Program-made: the position numbers and the translations under genes
Shown here: positions 1 through 9,071 of the stretch, in pieces
How positions within the stretch are numbered: position 1 is the first letter of the stretch
Layout: every line of letters starts with the position of its first letter
IMG/VR virus record: IMGVR_UViG_3300047545_000339
Location: 1-64,000 of that record
Length of the DNA: 64,000 nucleotides
Strand: one strand, 5' to 3'
From: a virus
Lineage: Duplodnaviria; Caudoviricetes
Notes under the pieces: generated by a model
Databases searched by the model: none
Seen by the model: the letters and a program-made list of their open reading frames with translations, nothing else
Told to the model about the DNA's origin: nothing

Positions 1-1310
1 GCCTATGGGTTGCTGGTGGAAATTTAGGACAAATGCGCACCTCCACCAACGGCTCTACTTGGACCACCGTCACCTCAAACTTTGGGAGTACAGCCATCCG
101 TTCCATCGCCTACGGCAACAACCTATGGATTGCTGGTGGAAATTTAGGACAAATGCGCACCTCCACCAACGGCTCTACTTGGACCACCGTCACCTCAAAC
201 TTTGGGAATACAACCATCCTCTCCATCGCCTACGGCAACGGCCTATGGGTTGCTGGTGGAGATTTAGGACAAATGCGCACCTCCACACAAGAACAATTAA
301 ACCTAAACAAATTCATAAAATCTGAAGACGAACAAAAAGCAGCATTTTTAAATAACAACGGAATATTATTCAGTTGGAACGGCATTGGATATGAAAGAAT
401 ATCAACAGGAATAAATGATAATTTTGTTAATGGGGGAATTCAAACTGACACTACCCGCCCTGATAATGTAAATACTGGATCAACTTGGACCACCGTCACC
501 TCAAACTTTGGGAATACAACCATCTTCTCCATCGCCTACGGCAACGGCCTATGGGTTGCAGCAGGATATACAGGCCAAATCCGCACCTCCACTAACGGCA
601 CTACTTGGACCACCGTCACCTCAAACTTTGGAAATACAAATATACGATCCATTTCCTATGGCAACGGATTATGGGTTGCTGGCGGAGGTTTAGGTCAAAT
701 GCGTACCTCCACCAACGGCTCCACTTGGACCACCGTCACCTCAAACTTTGGAAATACAGTTATTGTTTCTATTGCCTACGGAAACAGCCTATGGGTTGCT
801 GGTGCATATTCAGGTCAAATCCGTACCTCCACCGATGGCTCCACTTGGACCACCGTAAACTCAAACTTTGGAACTACTCACATTTCCTCCATCGCCTACG
901 GCAATGGTCTATGGATTGCTGGTGGAGCATCAGGTCAAATGCGTACCTCAACCAACGGCTCCGCGTGGACCACCGTCACCTCAAACTTTGGAAATATATG
1001 GATTAATTCCATCTCCTATGCTAACAACTTATGGGTTGCTGGTGGAAATTCAGGTGAAATGCGTACCTCTACCAATGGCTCTACATGGACAACCGTCACC
1101 TCAAACTTTGGAACTACAAGGATTAATTCAATCGCTTATGGTAATGGTATATGGGTTGCTGGTGGATATAATGGACAAATCCGTACCTCCACCGATGGCT
1201 CCACTTGGACCACCGTAAACTCAAACTTTGGAGTTACAAAAGTCAACTCCATTGCCTACGGCAACGGCCTATGGGTTGCTGGTGCATATTCAGGTCAAAT
1301 CCGCACCTCT
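1..1310 (+). repeat. 120-bp coding tandem repeats: end of one array plus a complete 7-unit array
   Basis: TGGAC(C/A)ACCGT recurs at 60, 180, then 486, 606, 726, 846, 966, 1086 and 1206. Confidence 0.95.
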
Positions 1311-1439
1311 CCACAACTATATAACTACAACTACAACATAGTAGGACAAAATGCAACATATTATTCTACTAATTTAACAACATGGACAACTGTCTCTGTA
1401 CCCCCTGCATCTTCAATCAATGATATAATTGCCAAATAG
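3..1439 (+). CDS. Beta-propeller (BNR/Asp-box-like repeat) fibre or receptor-binding protein, 5'-truncated by the window
   Basis: Frame is open from base 3. It contains 40-aa repeats (RTSTNGSTWTTVTSNFG...[13 protein letters not shown]) with the SxNGxTW Asp-box signature. Confidence 0.8.
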   Translation, partial: LWVAGGNLGQMRTSTNGSTWTTVTSNFGSTAIRSIAYGNNLWIAGGNLGQMRTSTNGSTWTTVTSNFGNTTILSIAYGNGLWVAGGDLGQMRTSTQEQLNLNKFIKSEDEQKAAFLNNNGILFSWNGIGYERISTGINDNFVNGGIQTDTTRPDNVNTGSTWTTVTSNFGNTTIFSIAYGNGLWVAAGYTGQIRTSTNGTTWTTVTSNFGNTNIRSISYGNGLWVAGGGLGQMRTSTNGSTWTTVTSNFGNTVIVSIAYGNSLWVAGAYSGQIRTSTDGSTWTTVNSNFGTTHISSIAYGNGLWIAGGASGQMRTSTNGSAWTTVTSNFGNIWINSISYANNLWVAGGNSGEMRTSTNGSTWTTVTSNFGTTRINSIAYGNGIWVAGGYNGQIRTSTDGSTWTTVNSNFGVTKVNSIAYGNGLWVAGAYSGQIRTSPQLYNYNYNIVGQNATYYSTNLTTWTTVSVPPASSINDIIAK

Positions 1440-1460
1440 TCTAGTAGAAAGAAAAAACAC

Positions 1461-2282
1461 ATGAAAAAGTTTCACTTTTTGAGCGGTCTTCCACGATCTG
1501 GTTCCACTCTATTATCTTCAATACTAAATCAAAATCCTGAAATTTATTCAGGTCCAAACTCCCCAATGTGTGGGATGATGTTTAATTTGGAAAGAAGCAT
1601 TCTTGCTTCAGAGCAGTACCGCTCATATCCAAAACCAGAAGTTCTTCCAGCAACGGTATGTGGAGTGCTTGATAATTATTATTCTGATAGAGAAGAAGAA
1701 GTAATTATTGACAAGTCAAGAGAATGGTCAATCCAAGAACATTTCGGGGTACTTTTAAGAAACCTTCCTTATGATCCCAAAGTAATTCTTACAGTAAGAG
1801 ATATCAAAGATATACTTGCATCATTTATCTATATGGTGAATCAGAATCCACAACAGCCATCATTTATTGATCAAGAAATTCAGGCACGACAGGAATTCAA
1901 TTTTTACCGCCCAATTGATGATATTAGATGTGATCATCTTATGCGTCCAAAGGGATTGATTGACAATGCCCTGTATGGCATTGCTTATGCAATGCTGGAA
2001 GAAAATCGTGAATATTTCCATGTAGTGGAATATGATGATCTAATTAATAATACTCAAGAAACAATGGACGGTATATATGAGTTCCTTGGTTTACAGTCAT
2101 TTAACCATGATCTAAACAACATTGTAAATGTTGCACCAGAAGATGATCGTGTATATGGATTAAAGGGAATGCATGATGTTAGGTCATCAATATCTCCTCG
2201 CAGATTGCCAACAGAAGAAATACTTTCTCCATATGTATCAAGTAAGTATTCAGGACTAGAATTTTGGAGGGAAGTTGAGTAA
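1461..2282 (+). CDS. PAPS-dependent sulfotransferase, RaxST/TPST-like
   Basis: 5'-PSB motif FLSGLPRSGSTLL, then NQNP, DKSREW, 3'-PB motif VRDxxDxxxS, YDDL, IYEFL..F.HD, GMHDVR and a terminal EFW. Confidence 0.9.
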   Translation: MKKFHFLSGLPRSGSTLLSSILNQNPEIYSGPNSPMCGMMFNLERSILASEQYRSYPKPEVLPATVCGVLDNYYSDREEEVIIDKSREWSIQEHFGVLLRNLPYDPKVILTVRDIKDILASFIYMVNQNPQQPSFIDQEIQARQEFNFYRPIDDIRCDHLMRPKGLIDNALYGIAYAMLEENREYFHVVEYDDLINNTQETMDGIYEFLGLQSFNHDLNNIVNVAPEDDRVYGLKGMHDVRSSISPRRLPTEEILSPYVSSKYSGLEFWREVE

Positions 2283-2931
2283 GCCACATGTAAATGTTCT
2301 TATCTGTACCCCAGGAAGAATGATGGAGGCAGAATATGTCAAAAGCCTTGTAGCAACGCTAACTCATCTAAATAATAATGGAATTTCATACTTATACCTA
2401 AATGAATATTCTTCTCAAGTTAATGCTGCAAGAGAAGCAACTATTATGGGGTCTAGATTCTTAAGTGCATTTGCTACAGAGCCACTGTCTGGGGAAGTAA
2501 CATATGACAAGATAATTTGGATTGACTCAGATATTTCATGGAACGTAGAAGACTTCATGAAGTTATATGAATCTAGATATGACGTTGTATCTGGAATATA
2601 CTTCAATGAAGAGGGAGTTCCACTATTTACCTTTAAAGAAGATGATGTATATTTTGACAAAGAAAAACTAAAGCACAAAGAATACCCATTTGAAGTTTTT
2701 GGGGTAGGCTTTGGATTTGTGTCGATGAAGTCTGGTGTCTTTGAAAGTTGTAAAAGACCATGGTTTGAAACAGAATTTCAAAGAATTACAAATGAAGAAG
2801 GAAAAGAAATGTTTCTTCCTTGGGGAGAAGACTTTTCATGGTGCATTAAAGCACATGAGGCAGGGTACAAAATAATGCTTGACCCAAGTATTAGAGTAGG
2901 ACATCACAAGAAGATTAGGATTGCACTATGA
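2275..2931 (+). CDS. GT-A fold (GT2-like) glycosyltransferase
   Basis: WIDSD DxD motif, GVGFGF, GEDFSWC, C-terminal GHHK. TTG start preceded by GGAGG. Confidence 0.8.
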   Translation: MSKPHVNVLICTPGRMMEAEYVKSLVATLTHLNNNGISYLYLNEYSSQVNAAREATIMGSRFLSAFATEPLSGEVTYDKIIWIDSDISWNVEDFMKLYESRYDVVSGIYFNEEGVPLFTFKEDDVYFDKEKLKHKEYPFEVFGVGFGFVSMKSGVFESCKRPWFETEFQRITNEEGKEMFLPWGEDFSWCIKAHEAGYKIMLDPSIRVGHHKKIRIAL

Positions 2932-3611
2932 ATAAGCCACACTTTAATGTAGTATTTGCTACTCCAGGAAATTCATTCACGCCTGGATATGTAAGAAGTT
3001 TACTGCTATCTACAAATGCTCTAAATCAAGAAGGGCTTACCTGGAACTTTCTTAATCAGGGAGGATCTCTTGTAGCAATGGCTAGAGAGTCAACAATTGG
3101 TGGATACGATACAAACAATATTGACATGACTCAGCCATGCAGCGGTGATTTTACTTATGATATGATTATGTGGATTGATTCTGATATATCTTGGATGCCA
3201 TCAGATCTATTTGCTATCTATAATTCTAATAAAGACATTGTTGCAGGTTGTTACCTTATGGAAGATAGGCATATTCCTATTTATCAACAACCACGCGGTG
3301 GAATGATGCCAGAGCAATTACTTGATGATTATAAAAAGCCATTTAAGGTTGCTGGATGTGGATTTGGATTTATAGGAGTAAAGTCTGGGGTATTTGAAAA
3401 GATGCCTAGACCATGGTTTGGACCAGTTCCCATTGCATCTTTTGATGAAAAAACAGGGGAAAGAAAAGAAGACTTCATTCTTGTTGGAGAAGACCTGTCA
3501 TGGTGTACAAAGGCAATAAATTGTGGTTTTGATATTTGGGTTGATCCAGATGTTCGCGTTATTCATCAGAAAACATTTCCACTACCATTTATGTCACAAA
3601 TGAAAAAATGA
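2928..3611 (+). CDS. GT-A fold (GT2-like) glycosyltransferase, paralog of the preceding gene
   Basis: WIDSD, GCGFGF, KSGVFE, RPWF and GEDLSWC are shared with the upstream gene. ATGA overlap. Confidence 0.8.
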   Translation: MNKPHFNVVFATPGNSFTPGYVRSLLLSTNALNQEGLTWNFLNQGGSLVAMARESTIGGYDTNNIDMTQPCSGDFTYDMIMWIDSDISWMPSDLFAIYNSNKDIVAGCYLMEDRHIPIYQQPRGGMMPEQLLDDYKKPFKVAGCGFGFIGVKSGVFEKMPRPWFGPVPIASFDEKTGERKEDFILVGEDLSWCTKAINCGFDIWVDPDVRVIHQKTFPLPFMSQMKK

Positions 3612-4255
3612 AATCAATACCAACATTAATTATTCCAGTACTCAACAGATTTGATTTATTAGAAAATGCACTAGCATCTATTGACTACCCAGTTGATAAT
3701 ATCCTTGTTATAGATAATAGCAATACTTATAAAAACGATAGGGTAAATGTTCTAAATATGCCATCGAATATGGGGGTAGCTGGATCGTGGAATCTTGGAA
3801 TAAAATGCTACCCACATTCACCTTACTGGGTATTTATGGGAAGTGATGTTGAGTGGCTTCCAGGAACATTACAAAAGATATCTGTACTGAGTGGACCAGA
3901 AAGATTCTTGATCAGCAACTATGGATTCAATGCATTTTCTCTTGGGTCCTCTTTTATAAAAGATGTTGGACTATTTGACGAGAACTATTATCCTGCATAT
4001 TATGAAGATGAAGATTATGAGAATCGTGCAAGATATATGGGATTAGGAAATAAGATTCTTTATCCAGATATTCCAGTAAAAATTTATGATAGTTGCACAA
4101 CGGCAAAATCTGGCGGGTATCTAGAAAAGAAAAATAAAACAGATATATCTAATAAAAGATATTATGATAGTAAGTTTGCTAAAGATCCTTTAGAGTGCTA
4201 CAATTGGGAACTACAAAGACGTATAGATAATGATTGGATAGTCAATGAAAATTAA
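3608..4255 (+). CDS. GT2 glycosyltransferase
   Basis: IIPVLNR, VIDNS, NMGVAGSWNLG and GLFDENYYPAYYEDEDY. Confidence 0.85.
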   Translation: MKSIPTLIIPVLNRFDLLENALASIDYPVDNILVIDNSNTYKNDRVNVLNMPSNMGVAGSWNLGIKCYPHSPYWVFMGSDVEWLPGTLQKISVLSGPERFLISNYGFNAFSLGSSFIKDVGLFDENYYPAYYEDEDYENRARYMGLGNKILYPDIPVKIYDSCTTAKSGGYLEKKNKTDISNKRYYDSKFAKDPLECYNWELQRRIDNDWIVNEN

Positions 4256-4964
4256 GTTTGAGGCATTTGACAAAGAAACAGAAATTCTTTTTGATATACC
4301 AAAGCCTGCTGCACAATCTATTCCTCAATGGTATAAAGATATGCCAGTTAGGATGAATGGTGAAAAAGAAGATGGTCTAGCAAGAGATGGTGTTGCAGTA
4401 AGTAACCTTACTCTTAAGGGATGCTCACCATTTCTTGATGCTCTGACCTCTGGATATATGTTTACACTACCATTTGATCTTGAATTTAGAAAACACCCAG
4501 GTAAGGGAATCAACATTCGTTGGGCCACAAATATTAATGCAATAGGATCACATGGTCCAGATCAGGCTCCAGGACTACCAGCCCCATTTGATGGAAACGA
4601 AGATCTACTTAAGTGGAGGCCAGGATTTAGAGTCATTACCCCAAAGGGATATAGTTGTTTGTTTACGCACCCAACAAATAGACACGATCTTCCATTTAGA
4701 ACATTTTCGGGAGTAGTTGATACGGATACATACCCACTTGGAGTAGAGTTTCCATTTCAACTTCTTAATACTATTGACAAGGATATCTTTATTCTTGAAA
4801 AGGGTACCCCTATATGTCAGGTAATTCCATTCAAGAGGGAAGACTGGAGAAGTGAACAGGTTGCATTTGATGAAGATGCAAATAAAAAGAATGGCTTCAT
4901 ATTAAAGTCAAAGATCATCAGATCATATAAGACACAGTTTTGGAATAAAAAGAGTTACCTATAA
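4245..4964 (+). CDS. Conserved phage protein of unknown function, possibly a dUTPase-like beta fold
   Basis: IPQWYK, KGCSPFLDALTSGY, GVVDTD and KGTPICQVIPFKRE. I recall this family from aquatic phages; function unknown. Confidence 0.5.
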   Translation: MKIKFEAFDKETEILFDIPKPAAQSIPQWYKDMPVRMNGEKEDGLARDGVAVSNLTLKGCSPFLDALTSGYMFTLPFDLEFRKHPGKGINIRWATNINAIGSHGPDQAPGLPAPFDGNEDLLKWRPGFRVITPKGYSCLFTHPTNRHDLPFRTFSGVVDTDTYPLGVEFPFQLLNTIDKDIFILEKGTPICQVIPFKREDWRSEQVAFDEDANKKNGFILKSKIIRSYKTQFWNKKSYL

Positions 4965-4972
4965 GGAGACAA

Positions 4973-5932
4973 ATGGCTGACTGGCTACAAAGAAAATCAA
5001 CTGGAGATTCTAATGCTGTATTTGCAGCAAAGGGTGGAACTGAATTATTGAAAGAAGGATTAGAAAAGCATACTAATTTTAAAGAGTATGATAATATAAA
5101 TCTTTTAATATCTACCCCAAATCAAGATAAACTTAGATATACAAAGAAAAACGTTTTGTGGCAGCATCTTAATTATATTGATGAGTCTCTTGCCCCAATG
5201 AGAGATCCAGCATTTATGAAGGCTATTAATGCAACGGTATATGTATCTCATTGGCAGTTAGAAAAGTTTAGGTATTTATTTCAAGTACCACTTCACAATG
5301 CTCATGTTATCCGAAATGCAATTGAGCCGATTGAGTTTAAGCCAAAGTCTAAGGATGGAAAGCTAAAATTAATTTATACCTCCACACCATTTAGAGGTCT
5401 ATCAATTCTTCTAGATGTTTTTGAAATGTTGAATCGTGATGATATAGAATTAGAAGTCTATTCATCTACTGCTATCTATAGTTCAGGATATCAGGCAGCA
5501 TATGGAGATTTATACAAAGATCTTTTTGATCGTGCAAAGTCAATGAAAAACGTTAACTATCATGGATATGCAGAGAACAAAGATATTCACAAGGCACTAC
5601 AAGAGGCACATATTCTTGCATACCCCAGTATTTTTGAAGAAACTGCATGTCTTGCAATGATTGAGGCAGGGGCAGCAGGATGTTCTCTTGTTACAACAGA
5701 TCTTGGTGCATTGCCAGAAACAGGATCTATGTATGCCAACATGATGACAATTAAGTCGGATGAGAAAGACATTAAGGTTGCATATGCACAGCACCTAAAT
5801 CAAGCAATCAATGACTATTGGGATAAATCAAATCAAGAAATGCTAAGAGAGCAGTCAGACTTTTACAATAAATTTTATTCTTGGGAACGCAGAGCAAAAG
5901 AATGGAATGAGTTTTTTGAAGAAGTTTCTTAA
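4973..5932 (+). CDS. GT-B fold (GT4-like) glycosyltransferase
   Basis: GGTE, YTSTPFRGL and YPSIFEETACLAMIEAGAAG (EX7E motif), then GALPET. Confidence 0.88.
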   Translation: MADWLQRKSTGDSNAVFAAKGGTELLKEGLEKHTNFKEYDNINLLISTPNQDKLRYTKKNVLWQHLNYIDESLAPMRDPAFMKAINATVYVSHWQLEKFRYLFQVPLHNAHVIRNAIEPIEFKPKSKDGKLKLIYTSTPFRGLSILLDVFEMLNRDDIELEVYSSTAIYSSGYQAAYGDLYKDLFDRAKSMKNVNYHGYAENKDIHKALQEAHILAYPSIFEETACLAMIEAGAAGCSLVTTDLGALPETGSMYANMMTIKSDEKDIKVAYAQHLNQAINDYWDKSNQEMLREQSDFYNKFYSWERRAKEWNEFFEEVS

Positions 5933-6702
5933 TGATCGTTGATTGCACAATGTTCCACTGGGAGTTTGATCTTCTTGAAATAAGAATGAGAGAACTATGG
6001 GATGTTGTTGATTACTTTTATGTAACAGAGTCTGTATGCGACCATAGAGGAAATGACAGAGAACTAATTCTTTCTAAAAATATTGATAGGTTTGATTGGG
6101 CAAAAGAAAAACTGGTGGTTATCACATCTGATAAGCCAAAAGATGCTGTAACCTCTTGGGATTATGAAAGATATCAAAGATTAAGAAGCGTTAAGGCCTG
6201 CAAGAATATAGTCCAAGAAGATGATTTAATTTTAATATCAGATATTGATGAAATAATGAATGCTGAATCTGTTTTAAAGGCAGATAAAATTGGCGGTATA
6301 TTTACCATGAAAATGCCAATGTTTTATTATTATATGAATCTATATGTAGAAGACTGGAGTTATCCAAAAGCAATAACTTATAAGTATTTAGAAGATCCCA
6401 ATATTCTTAGATCAAGAGATCCAAACAGGACAGCCATAATAGAAAATGCAGGGTGGCACTTTAGTTACCTTGGAACACCAGATCAAATAAGTTATAAAAT
6501 AAAAACATTTGCCCATGACGAATATGACAAAAAAGACTTTACAGATGTTGACAAAATAATGGAAAGCATCTACAATAGAGAAGATATCTTTAAAAGATCA
6601 AGTAAAAAATTCATAACAGGGGGTATAGAAAATTTACCTCAATATGTATTACAAAATATAGATAAATATAACAATTTTATTTTAAGGAGTGAAAATGAGT
6701 AA
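5932..6702 (+). CDS. GT17 (MGAT3-like) N-acetylglucosaminyltransferase-family protein
   Basis: EFDLLEIRMREL, ERYQR, ISDIDEI, AGWHFSY and KIKTFAH. Confidence 0.85.
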   Translation: MIVDCTMFHWEFDLLEIRMRELWDVVDYFYVTESVCDHRGNDRELILSKNIDRFDWAKEKLVVITSDKPKDAVTSWDYERYQRLRSVKACKNIVQEDDLILISDIDEIMNAESVLKADKIGGIFTMKMPMFYYYMNLYVEDWSYPKAITYKYLEDPNILRSRDPNRTAIIENAGWHFSYLGTPDQISYKIKTFAHDEYDKKDFTDVDKIMESIYNREDIFKRSSKKFITGGIENLPQYVLQNIDKYNNFILRSENE

Positions 6703-7078
6703 TCCAAATATCACCATTTCAGGAAGAATTGGCACAGACATTGAAGCACGGAAAATGCCAGACGGTACACAAAAGGCAAAGTTTCGTATCATTACATCAG
6801 ATAGAAAGAAAAATGATAGAGGAGACTGGGAAGATTCTAATGTGTCTGGATGGACAATTGTCGCATGGGATAAATTAGCAGAAAAGTCAATTAGAAGCCT
6901 ATCTAAGGGAGATCTAATAACTGTTCAAGGACAAATAAAGGAAGTATCTTGGCTTGATCCAGATGGTAACAAAAAGAAGTCTACAGAAACCAGGGCATCA
7001 GAAATATCAGTTAATATCTATGGATTAAAAATAGAAGAAGATTCTATTCCAGAAAGAGATGACGAAATTCAGTGGTAA
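6695..7078 (+). CDS. ssb: Bacterial-type single-stranded DNA-binding protein
   Basis: ITISGRIG, AWDKLAE, LSKGD.ITVQG and an acidic tail (DDEIQW). AAGGAG precedes the ATG at 6695. Confidence 0.85.
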   Translation: MSNPNITISGRIGTDIEARKMPDGTQKAKFRIITSDRKKNDRGDWEDSNVSGWTIVAWDKLAEKSIRSLSKGDLITVQGQIKEVSWLDPDGNKKKSTETRASEISVNIYGLKIEEDSIPERDDEIQW

Positions 7079-8112
7079 ATATTGCAGTTTATACAATTGC
7101 AAAAAATGAATCACAATTTGTTGAGCGGTGGTATAACTCTGCAAAAGATGCTGACTATCTTTTTATATTGGATACAGGATCTTCAGATAATACAGCACAA
7201 GTTGCTAAGGATCTTGGGATAAATGTAAAAATACAATCCTTTGATCCTTGGCGCTTTGATGTTGCAAGAAATACAGCACTAAATTCTTTGCCAGAAAATA
7301 TTGATATGTGTATTGCTCTAGATATGGATGAAGTTCTTATTGAGGGATGGAGAGAGCAAATAGAAAAAGCAGTATCTAGTGGAGTTACCAGGCCACGATA
7401 TCAATATACTTGGTCTTGGAATGAAGATGGATCTCCAGGATTAGTTTATGGAGGGGATAAAATACACTCTAGGAATAATTATTTCTGGAAGCATCCTGTT
7501 CATGAGGTTTTAATGTGTTCTGATCAAGAAACTCAGGGGTGGTATGACATAGAAATCCATCACTACCCCGACAAAACAAAATCACGTTCTCAATATATGC
7601 CACTTCTAAAATTAGCGGTAGAAGAAGACCCAGAAGATGATCGTAATGCTTTTTACTATGCTAGAGAGTTGTTTTTCCATTCACGACTAGATGAGGCTGC
7701 CAAGGAGTTTAAAAGGCATCTATCACTTCCTAGGGCGGTATGGAAGCCAGAACGTGCTGCATCTATGAGATACCTTGCCAAAATACAAGATAAAGAGTCT
7801 TGGCTTTTAAGAGCAATTGCAGAATGCCCTGATAGAAGAGAGGCTATAGTAGAATTATCTCAATACTATTATGAGACTCGTCAATTTGAGTTATGTTATG
7901 CATATGCCGTAAGAGCATTGTCAATTAAAGAAAAGCCACTAGAGTATTTATGTGAGGACTTTGCTTGGGGGTATATCCCGTATGATCTAGCAGCAATTTC
8001 TGCCTATAATCTAGATATTAAAGATAAGGCCAGAGAATATGGTAGTAAGGCATTAGAATTAAACCCCAATAACATAAGGCTTTCAGTAAATATGGAATGG
8101 TATAATAAATGA
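7072..8112 (+). CDS. GT2 glycosyltransferase with C-terminal TPR domain (protein/peptide-glycosylating type)
   Basis: IAKNE, LDTGSSD, FDVARN, LDMDE and PVHE, followed by helical TPR-like repeats (FYYARE; KALELNPNN). Confidence 0.88.
   Translation: MVNIAVYTIAKNESQFVERWYNSAKDADYLFILDTGSSDNTAQVAKDLGINVKIQSFDPWRFDVARNTALNSLPENIDMCIALDMDEVLIEGWREQIEKAVSSGVTRPRYQYTWSWNEDGSPGLVYGGDKIHSRNNYFWKHPVHEVLMCSDQETQGWYDIEIHHYPDKTKSRSQYMPLLKLAVEEDPEDDRNAFYYARELFFHSRLDEAAKEFKRHLSLPRAVWKPERAASMRYLAKIQDKESWLLRAIAECPDRREAIVELSQYYYETRQFELCYAYAVRALSIKEKPLEYLCEDFAWGYIPYDLAAISAYNLDIKDKAREYGSKALELNPNNIRLSVNMEWYNK
8098..8106 (+). promoter_or_regulatory. Extended -10 promoter TGGTATAAT
   Basis: Lies in the last codons of the upstream gene, followed by an AAGGTGA RBS and the ATG at 8126. 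Confidence 0.7.
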
Positions 8113-8125
8113 AGGTGATTATTAG

Positions 8126-8485
8126 ATGAGTTTTCCTGCTACGTTCAATATTAGATATTACAAGGGTGATTTTTATCAGTTTGTCATAAGACCAAAAACT
8201 TCCACGGGAGATCCATTTCCAATATCTGATACAACACATGATGCATATTTTTATATTTCTTCCTCAAGAGGAGGAAACTCATCTTCTACAATTCAGGCTT
8301 CAGCACAAATAGATAATGGAAATGTTGTTGCAACAATTCTTCCATCTATAGGAAATCAGTTGAGTCAATCAACTACATATTTTTACGATGTTTCTGTTGA
8401 AAAGAAAGAAGATAACACAGAACTCTATACCCTAGTTACTGGAAGCATATCTGTTACTGCTGACATTACGGGGCCAGGAGCATGA
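8126..8485 (+). CDS. Small beta-rich virion structural protein (putative)
   Basis: GD at the N-terminus, YFYDV and GSISVTADIT form an Ig/BppU-like pattern. Located in the fibre region. Confidence 0.5.
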   Translation: MSFPATFNIRYYKGDFYQFVIRPKTSTGDPFPISDTTHDAYFYISSSRGGNSSSTIQASAQIDNGNVVATILPSIGNQLSQSTTYFYDVSVEKKEDNTELYTLVTGSISVTADITGPGA

Positions 8486-9054
8486 CCGCTGTATTTGATG
8501 TTTTAGTTGAAACTGATGACATCGTTGTTCTTGGTCCACCAACAAGCATAGATTTATCCTTAGATGTAGGACCAAAGGGTGATAGGGGTTCAAGGTTTTT
8601 TGTTGGCTCTGGAAATCCAAATCTTTCTGGAGTAATTCCTTCAGGACAGGTTCCAGCAGTTGGAGATGTTTTTGTAAATTCTTCTACGGCATCTGAGTAT
8701 GGATGGTTGTATCTTTATATCAGTACCCCATCTGGAAATTCTTGGGTTCCAGCATTAAGACTACAGCCTTCAATTTATTCTACAAACGTAGGAATATTAT
8801 TTAATTCAAGTGGCGAAGGAACAATAACGATTCCAATTGCTAACATTGTTGCAGACGTAACTATTTTAGATGTAGAAAAATATGTTAGTCAAGTTACTGC
8901 AATTAATTCTAATCCTGTGGCACTCTCAATTACCTCAAAATCAATTCTTGGACCCAATCTAAATATTTTTGTCAAGGGTATAGAGTACTCTGGATCTTCT
9001 TGGTCAAACCTAGAAGGTATTATTGATTTAGAAGTAACCATTTCAGTGATATAA
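8482..9054 (+). CDS. Putative minor tail/fibre protein
   Basis: Short collagen triplet run GPKGDRG, then FVGSGNP...GDVFVN. ATGA coupling to the upstream gene. Confidence 0.5.
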   Translation: MTAVFDVLVETDDIVVLGPPTSIDLSLDVGPKGDRGSRFFVGSGNPNLSGVIPSGQVPAVGDVFVNSSTASEYGWLYLYISTPSGNSWVPALRLQPSIYSTNVGILFNSSGEGTITIPIANIVADVTILDVEKYVSQVTAINSNPVALSITSKSILGPNLNIFVKGIEYSGSSWSNLEGIIDLEVTISVI

Positions 9055-9055
9055 T
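9047..9055 (+). promoter_or_regulatory. Extended -10 promoter TGATATAAT
   Basis: Includes the TAA stop of the upstream gene; lies 16 nt before the ATG at 9072. Confidence 0.65.
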
Positions 9056-9071
9056 GAGAATGGTGATATAA

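Noticed and set aside
5-1218. Alternative-frame ORFs 5..325, 508..693, 605..1006 and 868..1218
   Set aside because: They are shadows of the repetitive propeller gene.
1-1310. CRISPR-like appearance of the regular repeats
   Set aside because: The units are in-frame 120-bp coding repeats with no unique spacers. The Cas4-like gene is a common stand-alone phage nuclease.
1-1439. Complete diversity-generating retroelement
   Set aside because: No reverse transcriptase or non-coding template is in the window. Several differences are synonymous or not adenine-derived.
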